Counted from the first letter of the stretch, positions 31,609 to 41,507 are shown. The stretch is DNA of 64,000 bases from Candidatus Latescibacterota bacterium (GCA_965208105.1 OZ242318.1:1792001-1856000); one strand, 5' to 3'. Numbers and translations: made by a program. The notes: generated by a model from the letters alone, not told the origin.

Positions 31609-32622
31609 TTAATCGGCCATGCCCAGTTCCATCCGCCGCAGGCGCGGGTTCTCAACCGTTCCCGGAATCCTGCCCCGCTTGGCTGCCGGCCTGCCATCCA
31701 CCTCCTTGATATCCGCCGTGAAATCCACCGGGCGCGCCCCACTGATCGCACTGCCCACCCCGAACAGATCCACGGGAGCTCCCGACTCGCGGAAGTAGCC
31801 TATGCGCTCCGCGTCGAATCCTCCCGATACCATGATCTTTACGTGGCCGTACCCCGCCTTGTCCAACCGCGACCGCACCTCCTCGACCAGGGCGGCCGTC
31901 ACTCCGCCCCGTTCGCTCGGTGTATCCAGGCGCACACCCCAAAGCCTCTCCCCCATCGCGGCGGCCACGCGCAAGCTCTCCTCGGCCTCGTCCTTGAAGG
32001 TGTCGACCAGGGCCATGCGCCTTACCGCCGGGTCGATACGCCGGTCGAAGGCATCCATCGCCGCCACCGTATCCCCCATCACCAGGATGAGGGCGTGGGG
32101 CAAGGTCCCGCTCGGGTCAACACCGGCCAGTTCAGCCCCGCCCGGTGTTGCACATCCGCTGCAGCCCCCCACCACGGCTGCGTACTCCATGCAGGCGCTG
32201 ACCCGGGGATGCACGTGGCGGGCCCCGAAACTAACCACCGGTATGTCTCCGGCCGCCTCGGTGCAGCGCGCCGCAGCCGTCGCCCACCCCGTTCCACTGC
32301 TAAAAATACCAAGCAGGGCGGTCTCATAGAGACCGAAGCTCCGATAGGGAGCCCGGACGCGCAAAACCACCTCGCGCGGATCGACCCATTCTCCTTCCTT
32401 CAGAGCCCACACCTCTCCCCTCCCTGCCAGGGCCCGCCGCAGCAGTGAGAGCGCCTCGCGCATGCCGCAGAGCAAAGCCCGCTGGCGGGTGAAAAACTCC
32501 ATGGTCACCACCGGGTCGAGCTTTTCCGCGGCGAGGATTTGCTGGCTGCGGCGGAAGTACAGATCCGCGTTGTGGCCTCTGAGAGTGGTCTGGGTGGGGG
32601 CGAAGAGGCTCTCCTCGTCCAT
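31609..32622 (-). CDS. pncB: Nicotinate phosphoribosyltransferase (short QAPRTase-like type)
   Basis: 'D.YF.R', 'FGARH', 'GT.PHAL', 'LVDT', 'GVRLDTPS', 'SGG', 'FGVGS', 'DF..DI.EV.G...AKRG'. Start 32622 is coupled to the pncA stop. Confidence 0.88.
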   Translation of the reverse strand: MDEESLFAPTQTTLRGHNADLYFRRSQQILAAEKLDPVVTMEFFTRQRALLCGMREALSLLRRALAGRGEVWALKEGEWVDPREVVLRVRAPYRSFGLYETALLGIFSSGTGWATAAARCTEAAGDIPVVSFGARHVHPRVSACMEYAAVVGGCSGCATPGGAELAGVDPSGTLPHALILVMGDTVAAMDAFDRRIDPAVRRMALVDTFKDEAEESLRVAAAMGERLWGVRLDTPSERGGVTAALVEEVRSRLDKAGYGHVKIMVSGGFDAERIGYFRESGAPVDLFGVGSAISGARPVDFTADIKEVDGRPAAKRGRIPGTVENPRLRRMELGMAD

Positions 32623-33161
32623 CAGCCGCACTCCTGCCCGCGGGTGACGGAGGCACCGAGGACCTTCTCCATGTGGCCAAGGGCCCACTCGTGCTGAGCG
32701 GGATCGAAACTGGCCACGCAGTCGGCAGGCACCTCTACCTCGTAGTCCCGGTTGCGCAGTCCGGATACCGTGTGGAGCACGCAGATATCCGTGCAGTCGC
32801 CCATTACCACGACCTTGTCCGGCCTGATCTCTGCCAGTTGCTGCGCCAGGTCGGTCTCGAAAAAGGCGCTGTATCGCCGTTTCTTGACGATCTTCCCTTC
32901 CCTGGCCAGGGGCGCCAATTCATCGATGATTTCTTCCTCCTCGCTGCCTGTTATACAGTGAGGCGGGAACATCTCGAACTCCTTGTCGCCGGGAGGATGG
33001 CTGTCCTGGGTGAAAAAAACAATGGCTCCGGCGGCCTTCTCCTGCCGCACCCTTTCTTCGATCCGCGGAATGATGGAGCGGGCATCGTCGCCGCAGTACA
33101 AGGTCCCCTGGGGAGCCATGAAACCCTTCTGCATATCTACCACGATCACCACATTCGACAT
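32622..33161 (-). CDS. pncA: Nicotinamidase/isochorismatase-family cysteine hydrolase
   Basis: 'VVDMQ.GF', 'D.H', 'FPPHC..GS', 'K.RYSAF', 'G.CTDICV'. Adjacent to pncB. AGGAGG RBS before the ATG at 33161. Confidence 0.85.
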   Translation of the reverse strand: MSNVVIVVDMQKGFMAPQGTLYCGDDARSIIPRIEERVRQEKAAGAIVFFTQDSHPPGDKEFEMFPPHCITGSEEEEIIDELAPLAREGKIVKKRRYSAFFETDLAQQLAEIRPDKVVVMGDCTDICVLHTVSGLRNRDYEVEVPADCVASFDPAQHEWALGHMEKVLGASVTRGQECG

Positions 33162-33303
33162 TGCCTTCCTCCTGTGCCGGCACCAGCAGGCGGCCAGGGA
33201 ACCGCCACCATGCCGCGACCCTCCCGGAAACCAGGCCTCTCCGGGCTCGACGGGTACCGCAGCGGGTGAAAATCGAATCCTCGACAAATCATATTGTAGA
33301 GAT

Positions 33304-36300
33304 TTACCCCGCTCTCACAACCCCCTGGTCGGTTTTCAATGCCGGCAGCAAGGGCTGCCGCAGGGACCAATAAGCTGCCGAGACGCTGGCGGCCAAACCC
33401 GCCCCGAGCACCAGAGACAATGACAGGACGAGGGAGAGCCAGGGGACCTGAGAGCCGGATGAAAGCACGCGTGGGGCGACCGCCACGAGTGCGGCCAGGG
33501 CGCCCATCGACATTCCTGTTCCCAGGAGAAATCCATTCTCTGCCAGCAGCATCAGCGCCAGCCGCGAATTGCTAAAACCACAAGCGCGCAGGGTGGCGAG
33601 CTCTCCGCGGCGTTCGATCGCGTTCCTCAGCAAAAGGACCCCCAACCCCAGGGTTCCCCAGAGCAATCCCAATCCTCCCAGGACCTGGAATGTAGAGAGA
33701 TATGTATTCTCCACGGCTCGATATTCGGCCAGTCTTTCGGCGGTCGGGGTGACGTCAAATCCGAACGCGCCCAGGGAGCCTTCCAGAATCGAGGACAGGT
33801 GGGCGGGCCGCTCCCCGGCAGTCTGAAGCAGGAAGTAGCCGAATCCGGAGCGATTGGGAAAGTAGTGGTTGAAATGGGCCTCCGAAATCAGCAACTCGCC
33901 CTGAAAAATACTGTCCTTCAGGAGCCCAACGAGACGCAGCCGCAGATCTCGACCCATCTCATCCTGAACCAGCAGTTCCTCGCCCAGACCCCGATGCAGA
34001 ATCCACTGGACCGAGTTGTAATCGCCTATAGCCGCAATCACCCCCGGCTCCAGCTCCTCTTCCAGCAGGCTCCATGGATTCTCCACCTCTTCCAGAGTCT
34101 GCTGGAAGAGAAAGCCGCCTCGGTGAATCAGCTCGGCGGGGACCCCCAGCAGCTTAGGCCTCCGGGGCTGGTAGAGGTTGAGGCAGCTGATATCCTCCCC
34201 TGGCAGACTCCGCAGGGAAAAGATCCGGGTTCCCGTCTGGAAGACGGCACCTTCTCCGGTGAACCCAAGCTCTTCACGCCCCCGGGGCGAGTTCAGGTCG
34301 TGGTGAAGAGGGATGTCCGCTTCGGCCAGGAGTGCGAATCCTCCATGACCCGATTCCTTGAGCCCGGAGGCAGCATCTTCGGTTGCAGTCCTGCGGTTGG
34401 CCTCCACCGCCACGATGATGAAACAGGCGCAACCGACCAGGGCGGCGCAGGCCATACTGCGCCCGTGATGGCGACTGCTGTTGCGGATTCCCATGCGGAC
34501 CAGCCTCGCAAAGTCGGACCCGGCTCCTGACCGTCCCCGTCCTCTGTCCCGGCCCAACCACAGGGAAAGGAGAGCCAGCCCTGCCACCAGCAGGAGGGCT
34601 CCGCCGGCGAAGAACAGCCCGGCGGCAACCGCCGAATCGACGAAGGAGGTCAGGGCGACCGATGCCCCGCCGGACCCCAGACTGGCGATGGCAACCACCC
34701 GCGTCCGGCTCCGGGACCCGGCCTTCCTCCGCGTGACCGTGCCGTTGAGCAGCGCGCGAACCGGCTGCCTTCCGCACTGCCTCACCGTCCACCCGATGAA
34801 GACCAGGACCACCGCGACCGAGACCATGTACCCGGAAGCAAGGCTCAGCGGCTGCACGTGCAGATCAAGGAAGGGAGCGCCTGCCGCCGCCGTCCACGAG
34901 GTGCGCAGACCCGCCGTCAGCAGCCAGGCGTAGAGGACGGCGCCTCCGACACCGACAGCACTGCCGAGTGCGGCCAGGACCCCGCCTTCGGCCATGAAGC
35001 GCCAGCGCACGAACGCCAGGGGATATCCCATTGCGAGCAGCACCCCGATTTCCTTCGCCCGCTGCTCCACCCCGAGCCTGAAAATCAATCCCACCATCAG
35101 GGCCGAAGAGAATATGAGGAAGGAGCTGAACCCCATGAAGAGCATGCCGAAGTCGGTGGCTCCGGCGGCTGCTTCCAGGCCCAGGGATTTGACCGGCTGG
35201 AACGACATGCCCTCGACCCCGGGACCTGTCCTGCGCAGCAGTTCCCGCTGAAAATGCAGCCGCGCCTGCGGCTCATCGGCATGGGCTGGGGGTCCGATCC
35301 ACATGCCGGTCAAATCGCCGAAGCGGCTGCGCCATAGACTTCTGCCGGCGCCGGCCGCTATGAAAGCTTTGGGTGCCGCGCCGAACTCATCCCAGTAGGC
35401 CTCGTCCTTGCCGCGGATGGCGCTCAGATCGATGGCAAACGGGGGATCCCAATCGGACATGTCGTCGACGTTCTGAATGCCGGGAAAGGCAGGTGTCAAC
35501 AGGGGGTCGGCGGCCATTCCCCGCAGGGCAACCACTCCGCTCAGGCGGAATCGATCCGTGGCGGTGCGGAGCATCCCCCTCGGTCCGACGACGTGGTAGG
35601 TCACCTCGATCAAGTCCCCCGCCTCGGCGCCCAGATCTCGGGCCGCCCATTCGTTGAGCAGGATCTCGTCGTCAGCCAGGAGAGGCGCAGGCGACCCGTC
35701 GGTCAACTCGAAAGCCCCGAAGGGGCTCCTTTCCCGTTGAACGGCATCCAATGCCGCAATGGCCGAATAGGGGACGCTGCGGTCTTCGAAATCTATCCTG
35801 GTAGCAAGATTGGTCAGAATGGGTTGGAACGGAGCTCCCATTTCCAGCGCCAGCTCCCGGGCCGTTGCAGTGACGTGCCCGGGGAGGATGAAGCTTTCGG
35901 CCTCCAGGGCGAAGAAACCGGATCCCGCACGCAACCTCAGGCCCAGGTCTTCCAGACGCAGCACCCGGTGCAGTGCATCCTGCAGAGTGCGCGTGGTCCC
36001 GGGTGATCCCGGGGATTCTCTGGCGACGGCAAACAGGGCATTCACCTGTCCTTCCCGCTCCAGCGCCTTCTGCAGATCGGCCAGTGCGACGAATGCATTC
36101 AACGGCAGGTTCTGATGAGGATGCAGAGCCAGGCGGCCGAGCCCGCGGTCAGGGACGACTCCCGACAGAGTGAGCCGGAGAGTCTGGGTGACCGCGGCGG
36201 AATTGCGCCTGCCGAAAACGTACTCTCGATGGATCTCGCTGCGCCTTTCAATGGACAGAAGAATGGGATCGCCTATCTCCACCTGCAGCTCTTTCTGCAG

Positions 36301-36738
36301 GGACTGATTGATGACCACCGGCGCGAAATGGCGATCCGGCATTCCGCCCAATCGCTCCAGCACCATGGCCGCCGGCCCCTCGCGCTCTTCCAGGCTTGCA
36401 AAGTCCCGGTCGACCCCGATCACCTGGACGCGCGACGCCCGGTTGCGGGTGTGAGCGCCCAGTGCGCTTCCACTCAATAGAATGGCAGGAACGGCACCTT
36501 CGAAGGAGGCCGCAAAGGAGGGCTCGGCGGCAAGGTCCGCGCTCAGCCCTTCGCGGAAGAAGGGCTGAGCCACCAGGGCGTGGTCGATTCTACCGAGCCT
36601 CTCCAGGGTCAAGTCCCGCAAGCTGCCCCGGACGGAATCTCCCACCAGAAGTGCGCCTGTGAGGACGGCTGTGGCAGCCGCGGAGGACAGCAGCACCGCC
36701 GTATGCAGGCCGCGGAAATGAATCAGACTTCGACGCAA
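33304..36738 (-). CDS. Large FtsX/MacB-like ABC transporter permease (duplicated, about 1140 aa)
   Basis: 'GAL.VGDSVRGSL', two FtsX motifs 'EQR.KEIG.L.A.G' and 'ERR.ELA.LRA.G', two large periplasmic domains. Confidence 0.88.
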   Translation of the reverse strand: MRRSLIHFRGLHTAVLLSSAAATAVLTGALLVGDSVRGSLRDLTLERLGRIDHALVAQPFFREGLSADLAAEPSFAASFEGAVPAILLSGSALGAHTRNRASRVQVIGVDRDFASLEEREGPAAMVLERLGGMPDRHFAPVVINQSLQKELQVEIGDPILLSIERRSEIHREYVFGRRNSAAVTQTLRLTLSGVVPDRGLGRLALHPHQNLPLNAFVALADLQKALEREGQVNALFAVARESPGSPGTTRTLQDALHRVLRLEDLGLRLRAGSGFFALEAESFILPGHVTATARELALEMGAPFQPILTNLATRIDFEDRSVPYSAIAALDAVQRERSPFGAFELTDGSPAPLLADDEILLNEWAARDLGAEAGDLIEVTYHVVGPRGMLRTATDRFRLSGVVALRGMAADPLLTPAFPGIQNVDDMSDWDPPFAIDLSAIRGKDEAYWDEFGAAPKAFIAAGAGRSLWRSRFGDLTGMWIGPPAHADEPQARLHFQRELLRRTGPGVEGMSFQPVKSLGLEAAAGATDFGMLFMGFSSFLIFSSALMVGLIFRLGVEQRAKEIGVLLAMGYPLAFVRWRFMAEGGVLAALGSAVGVGGAVLYAWLLTAGLRTSWTAAAGAPFLDLHVQPLSLASGYMVSVAVVLVFIGWTVRQCGRQPVRALLNGTVTRRKAGSRSRTRVVAIASLGSGGASVALTSFVDSAVAAGLFFAGGALLLVAGLALLSLWLGRDRGRGRSGAGSDFARLVRMGIRNSSRHHGRSMACAALVGCACFIIVAVEANRRTATEDAASGLKESGHGGFALLAEADIPLHHDLNSPRGREELGFTGEGAVFQTGTRIFSLRSLPGEDISCLNLYQPRRPKLLGVPAELIHRGGFLFQQTLEEVENPWSLLEEELEPGVIAAIGDYNSVQWILHRGLGEELLVQDEMGRDLRLRLVGLLKDSIFQGELLISEAHFNHYFPNRSGFGYFLLQTAGERPAHLSSILEGSLGAFGFDVTPTAERLAEYRAVENTYLSTFQVLGGLGLLWGTLGLGVLLLRNAIERRGELATLRACGFSNSRLALMLLAENGFLLGTGMSMGALAALVAVAPRVLSSGSQVPWLSLVLSLSLVLGAGLAASVSAAYWSLRQPLLPALKTDQGVVRAG

Positions 36739-37394
36739 TTACCGCCCTTCAATTCGATGCGGCGGTCAAAGGAGGCCGCCAGGTCGAGATTGTGGGTCAC
36801 GGCTATCAGAATGGTTTGCTCAGACCGGTGCAGCTCCAACAGCAGACCGGCCACCGCAGCCGCGGTGTTGTGGTCGAGATTGCCGGTGGGTTCGTCGCAC
36901 AGCAGCAGACGGGGATTGTTGACCAGGGCGCGGGCTACGGCGACGCGCTGGGATTCGCCTCCGGACAGCTCACCGGGAAAGTGGTGGAGGCGGTGCGAGA
37001 GGCCCACCGCATGGAGCAGCTCAAGCGCCCTTTCCTCCACATCTTCGCCCTTGCGCCTGAAGGCCATGGTTGGAACCAGCACGTTTTCGAGGACGGAATA
37101 TTGGGGCAGGAGGTGGTGATCCTGGAAGACGAAGCCGATGATCTGGTTGCGGAATGCCGCCACTTCGCGTTCGCGGAGAGCGAAGGGGTCCCTGCCGGCT
37201 ATGGTGATCCTTCCCGAGGAAGGGGGATCCAGGGTGCCAATCAGGTGCAGCAGGGTGCTTTTTCCCGAACCCGAAGGCCCGGTGACGGCAAGGGACTGCC
37301 CCTGGGTCAGCTCAAAGGAAACGCCATCGAGGACCTGGACACCTGCAAAGCTTTTGCCGACCTGGGAGACCCTGAGGGTGAAATGGTCATCCAT
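36723..37394 (-). CDS. ABC transporter ATP-binding protein (LolD/MacB-like)
   Basis: 'GPSGSGKSTLL', 'IGFVFQ.HHLL', 'ELSGGE.QRVAVARAL', 'DEPTGNLD'. Confidence 0.95.
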   Translation of the reverse strand: MDDHFTLRVSQVGKSFAGVQVLDGVSFELTQGQSLAVTGPSGSGKSTLLHLIGTLDPPSSGRITIAGRDPFALREREVAAFRNQIIGFVFQDHHLLPQYSVLENVLVPTMAFRRKGEDVEERALELLHAVGLSHRLHHFPGELSGGESQRVAVARALVNNPRLLLCDEPTGNLDHNTAAAVAGLLLELHRSEQTILIAVTHNLDLAASFDRRIELKGGNCVEV

Positions 37395-37815
37395 GGGAAG
37401 ATGGAGCCTCTTCAATCTTTTGGGCGATAAATCCAGGAATGGGAACAGCCCTCATTCTTCCCCCTGGACTGCACATGCAGCAGGCCACCTTCAGCTGCCC
37501 GCGAGCAACCTCCACCTCCCCCCGCGCAAAGGAGAAAGCATAGGTAAGGGACCTGGCGCCCACCTTCAGGACCTTCAGAGAGACATCGAGCACATCCTCG
37601 AATCTGGCCGGATGCAGGTATTCGCACGAGGTCGTCAGCCGGGGCCAGCTGAGGTGGCCTTCATCCCGTTCCATAACAACGCTCAGCCCCAGGGCGCGGA
37701 GGAATTCATGCTCGACAGATTCCATCAGGACGAAGAAGCGGGAGAAGTGGACAATGCCGGCCATGTCCGTGTCGGCGAACTCCATTCTCCGCTGGGTCCG
37801 GTATTCGTATGCCAC
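37387..37815 (-). CDS. Acyl-CoA thioesterase (4HBT/YbgC hot-dog family)
   Basis: 'F.DTD.AGIVHFS.FF..ME..E', 'C.Y..PARF.D'. Confidence 0.9.
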   Translation of the reverse strand: MAYEYRTQRRMEFADTDMAGIVHFSRFFVLMESVEHEFLRALGLSVVMERDEGHLSWPRLTTSCEYLHPARFEDVLDVSLKVLKVGARSLTYAFSFARGEVEVARGQLKVACCMCSPGGRMRAVPIPGFIAQKIEEAPSSHG

Positions 37816-37822
37816 GGCGGTC

Positions 37823-37988
37823 TAGTTTCCCGTCGCAGAGATAGGTTGACGAAATTGGGCCGCCGAGGCGCCAGGCTCACAAGGCGCCTGAGCGAGTTGT
37901 ACCAGTGGTGTACGGCGAGTGATGGCAACGCCGTGAGCCGGGATGGATCGGCGGGATAATGGCGACATATTTCTGCGACGGGAAACTA
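37823..37988. repeat. ERIC-like palindromic element/MITE, copy 1 (166 bp)
   Basis: Terminal inverted repeats TAGTTTCCCGTCGCAGAGATA / TATTTCTGCGACGGGAAACTA (20 of 21 match). Core CAAGGCGCCTGAGCGAG..GTAC..GTACGGCGAG..GGCAACGCCG shared with copy 2. Confidence 0.8.
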
Positions 37989-38456
37989 ATTTCCAGGTCT
38001 GTATAGAGTCACCAGGAAGCCGCCCAGAGCGGCCAGAAGAATTCCCAGCACAAACGGCCAGCGCAGTGCACCCAGCCCGGCGGCGGGAGGATGCACCGCC
38101 AGGGCCAGGAATGCGTTGACCACGGGTGCGCCGGCGAAGACGATGGACATGACCACGCTGGGCGTTCCCCGGGCCCCGAAGGCGAGCAGAACTCCCAGGG
38201 CACCCAGGGCGCCCGCAATGCCAGCCGCTGTTGACCACCCCGCTCCCTTGGCCGAGAAACTCCAGGAGGCCCCCCCAATCCACAGCAGGACTGCCGACCC
38301 TGCCACCGCGGTCAGCATATACGCGACTCCCACGAAGAAGTAGGCCTTGTAACGTCCGAAAACCGGATCTCCCATGGCCAGTTGCCCCGTGTGCAGTAGA
38401 ACCCCGTAGCACCCCCACGCGCCAACCGCAATCAGAGCATAAATCATCCAGGTCAT
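37986..38456 (-). CDS. Small integral membrane protein (5 TM, DMT/EamA-like half domain)
   Basis: Hydrophobic helices, 'WG.YG..LH.G', 'G.P..VM.IVFAGAP.VNA'. Confidence 0.65.
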   Translation of the reverse strand: MTWMIYALIAVGAWGCYGVLLHTGQLAMGDPVFGRYKAYFFVGVAYMLTAVAGSAVLLWIGGASWSFSAKGAGWSTAAGIAGALGALGVLLAFGARGTPSVVMSIVFAGAPVVNAFLALAVHPPAAGLGALRWPFVLGILLAALGGFLVTLYRPGN

Positions 38457-38589
38457 CGCCGGACTCCCTTCGCTGTTTCTATTCCCCGCGACGCGGCCAT
38501 GCGCAGCGAAATTCCCTTGCAGACCGGCCAGTCGGGGGATCAGGGTGAACTTGCACTGCCGATTTCAACCTTCCTCCACGGAGGGATAC

Positions 38590-38754
38590 TAGTGCCTGCT
38601 TGCGTAAGTAAGCGTACGAACGAGGGCGCAGAAGCGCCCGGCTCGCAAGGCGCCTGAGCGAGTCGTACCTGGAGTGTACGGCGAGGGAGGGCAACGCCGC
38701 GAGCCGGGATGCAGCGGCGGCCGAATTCACGCGGAATTGCGCAAGCAGGCACTA
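38590..38754. repeat. ERIC-like palindromic element/MITE, copy 2 (165 bp)
   Basis: Terminal inverted repeats CTAGTGCCTGCTTGCGTAA / TTGCGCAAGCAGGCACTAG (18 of 19 match). Same core as copy 1. Confidence 0.8.
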
Positions 38755-40041
38755 GCCCAGGAACTCCTCGTACAGCGCCAAAGTCGCCGCCGCCATCACC
38801 TCGTCCCCGAACCTTCGATGCACCGCATCCTTTCCCCGTCTTGCCAACCGCTCTCGCAGTTCGGCATCATTCATCAACTCCTCTATGGCCGCGGCGACTG
38901 CCTCAGCGGAGCCCGGCCGCACCAGCAGTCCGCCTCCCGTCGCTTCGATCAACTCGGGGAAGGCCCCGTGGCGCGGCTGCACCACCGGCACTCCGTTGGC
39001 CAGGGCTTCCAGGACGAAGAGCCCCTTGGGCTCCTTGTAAACCGTCGGCACGGACAAAATGTGAAGGCCGTTGAGAAATTCGATCTTGCCCCGGCGGTCG
39101 ACCGCGCCCCAAAATTCAACCTCCCCTCTCAAGCCCCATGCATCAATCCTGCCCATCAGCCTTTCAAAGTACGGGCGGTCCCTCTCGCCGAGATAGCCGG
39201 CGATTTTGAGCTTGAGGGCCCCGGGACCCAGGCGCTTGCTCAGCAGGTTAAATGCCTCAACCAGCAGGTGAAGCCCCTTCTCCGGACAGATGCGGGCAAG
39301 GTAGCCCACGCAAAAAGCGCCTCCACCCAGGTCCTTCCTGCCTTCGCCGTGGCCCTGCAGGTTCAATCCCAGCTCGACCACCCTCATCCTCTCGGGGGCA
39401 ATGCCCAGAAAATCGGCCATGAAATCGGCATAGTACCTGCAGGGAGCCACGAACCCATCCACGTCTTGGCAGCGCCGGCGCAGAATCTCCAAAGCCCGAG
39501 ACCTGTAGGGCTCGACCATCTGCTGCAGGAAGAGATCCTCCCCCTGCAAGGCGCAGAGGACCGGGATCCCCAGCCTTCTCTTGATCTCCCGGGAAAATCC
39601 GGCAAACATGGAATTGGTGAGCTGGACCACGTCGGGTCCGTAGTCGTCCCCGAGCCATCGGACCAGCTTGGCCAACTCCTTGCGCTGTCTTCCCTCCTCT
39701 CCCCTCAGCACGGAGACCGTGAGCGCTCCCAGGTCCTCCGCCCGGGTGGATGGACTGAAACGGGAAAGCCCGTTCAGCAGGGAGGGACGATCGAAGAGGC
39801 GGTCCAGCACCCACGGCGTGTGGCGGAAAAGGGACGCCTTCTGCTGCAGGTAGACGTTGATGCCCCCGTAGAAAATGCGGTCCAGGCTGACGTTGGCGTC
39901 ATCGGTGCGCAGGGGCGTGTAGGTCGGAATGAGAGCGACCTCGGCGCCCAGCCTCTGCAAGGCCGCGGCCAGAGCGTTGTCGCGGATACAGCTTCCGCAG
40001 TACATTCCGGCGGCGCCGGCGGTGATATACGCGACTCTCAT
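38752..40041 (-). CDS. Glycosyltransferase family 4 (GT-B) with N-terminal CxxC motif
   Basis: 'GYLARICPEKG.H.L', 'EPKGL..LEA.A.G.PVV', N-terminal 'GAAGMYCGSC.RDN'. Confidence 0.88.
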   Translation of the reverse strand: MRVAYITAGAAGMYCGSCIRDNALAAALQRLGAEVALIPTYTPLRTDDANVSLDRIFYGGINVYLQQKASLFRHTPWVLDRLFDRPSLLNGLSRFSPSTRAEDLGALTVSVLRGEEGRQRKELAKLVRWLGDDYGPDVVQLTNSMFAGFSREIKRRLGIPVLCALQGEDLFLQQMVEPYRSRALEILRRRCQDVDGFVAPCRYYADFMADFLGIAPERMRVVELGLNLQGHGEGRKDLGGGAFCVGYLARICPEKGLHLLVEAFNLLSKRLGPGALKLKIAGYLGERDRPYFERLMGRIDAWGLRGEVEFWGAVDRRGKIEFLNGLHILSVPTVYKEPKGLFVLEALANGVPVVQPRHGAFPELIEATGGGLLVRPGSAEAVAAAIEELMNDAELRERLARRGKDAVHRRFGDEVMAAATLALYEEFLG

Positions 40042-41507
40042 TCTTCGGCGGCGGAGAAGAACCTTTTCACCACCTGGGAAGGGGGAGGCCTCGACAGCAG
40101 AGACCCGACGATCATGGCAGCGGCCGATGCGGCAAGAATGACAGCCGCCGGCATCACCCCCGCGTCACCCAGGGTATAGCCCGGAGTTCGCCACCCCTGA
40201 AAGAAGAAATAGCACCACAGGATCACCACGCTGACCACCGAGGCCAGAGCGCCGTACTTGGTACTGCGCTTCCAGAAGAGCGCGGCCACCACCACGGGAA
40301 AGAGCGCGGCGAATCCGCTGAAGGACCAGATGGCCAGTTTGAAGATGCTCCGCGCCGATACCAGGGAAAGCAAAAAGGTCAAGGCGAGAATGGCGACCAC
40401 GAAGAGTCTGCCCCAGAGAATCTGCTTCCTTTCGCTCATCCGGTCGTGAAACCCGTAGTGACGCACGATATCCTGGGTGAACATGGTCCCGATGGACAGC
40501 ACCTGCGAATCCAGCGACGACATGATGGCCGCGAAGACCCCCGCGGCGAGGAGGCCTGCCAGGACTTCCGGCGCATGCAGCTCGATCATCCTCACCAGGA
40601 CCGAATTTGCCTGCGCCCCCTTGAGATCGGGAAAATCGACGCTGCCCAGAACGCCGAGCAGCACGCTGGGGATCCAGACGACGGCGATACACAGCGGGTA
40701 GAACATCAGGGGGTAGCGGAAGGTCTGTGCGCTCCTGGCGGTGAGGCAGTGCATGAACATGTGGGGGAACATTCCCACCGAAAGCGGAATGCATGTATAG
40801 GTCAGCAGCTTGAGGGGCTTTATATGCTCGCCGCGAACGAGAAGCTCGGGATGATGTTCGGCGACCGATGACATGGCCTGAGTGAATCCCCCCATGCTGG
40901 AAACAATGGTGAAAAAAGCCACCCCGCCAAGTACCATGAACACCAGGGTCTGAAATGTATTGGCCCACGCCGTTCCGCGCAGACCACCGTAGCAGACGTA
41001 GGTCACGACCACGGCGCAGACCAGGAGTCCGCCCACCCACTCGGGGACCTGCCCGCCGCTGATCTGGTGCAAGGTGATTCCACCTCCCATTACCCCTATC
41101 AGGAGGTAGGGAATCACCAGGGCGATGAGGACGGCGAACAGCAGCAGGCCCAGGGCATCCGAATCCCAGCGCGCCCTGAAGTACTGCACCTGGGTGAGGA
41201 AGCCGTGCTCCTTGCCGAGCGCCCACACCCGCGTACCCACGAAGAAGAAGACGCAGGGAATGATCAGAGCGGAGGCGGAAGCCATCAGCCCGAAGACCCC
41301 GATTCCCTCATGGTAGGCCTCCCCCGAAGCGCCCAAGATAGCGAAGGCGGTCATGTTGGTGCCGAAAAGGGACATCAACAGCAGGAAGGGTCCGATACTG
41401 CGGCTGGCGACGAAGTAGTCTTCCCCGGTGCCGCGGAAGAACCGGTGGCTCAGGTTTCCCACCAGGAGCACGATGGCCAGATAGGCGAAGATTATCGCGA
41501 CAGTCAC
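40038..41507 (-). CDS. Sodium:solute symporter family protein
   Basis: 'EDYFVA.RS.G', 'GG.RG.AW...FQ', 'G.FAA.MSS.DS'. About 13 TM segments. GTG start at 41507 overlaps the upstream stop. Confidence 0.92.
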   Translation of the reverse strand: MTVAIIFAYLAIVLLVGNLSHRFFRGTGEDYFVASRSIGPFLLLMSLFGTNMTAFAILGASGEAYHEGIGVFGLMASASALIIPCVFFFVGTRVWALGKEHGFLTQVQYFRARWDSDALGLLLFAVLIALVIPYLLIGVMGGGITLHQISGGQVPEWVGGLLVCAVVVTYVCYGGLRGTAWANTFQTLVFMVLGGVAFFTIVSSMGGFTQAMSSVAEHHPELLVRGEHIKPLKLLTYTCIPLSVGMFPHMFMHCLTARSAQTFRYPLMFYPLCIAVVWIPSVLLGVLGSVDFPDLKGAQANSVLVRMIELHAPEVLAGLLAAGVFAAIMSSLDSQVLSIGTMFTQDIVRHYGFHDRMSERKQILWGRLFVVAILALTFLLSLVSARSIFKLAIWSFSGFAALFPVVVAALFWKRSTKYGALASVVSVVILWCYFFFQGWRTPGYTLGDAGVMPAAVILAASAAAMIVGSLLSRPPPSQVVKRFFSAAEE

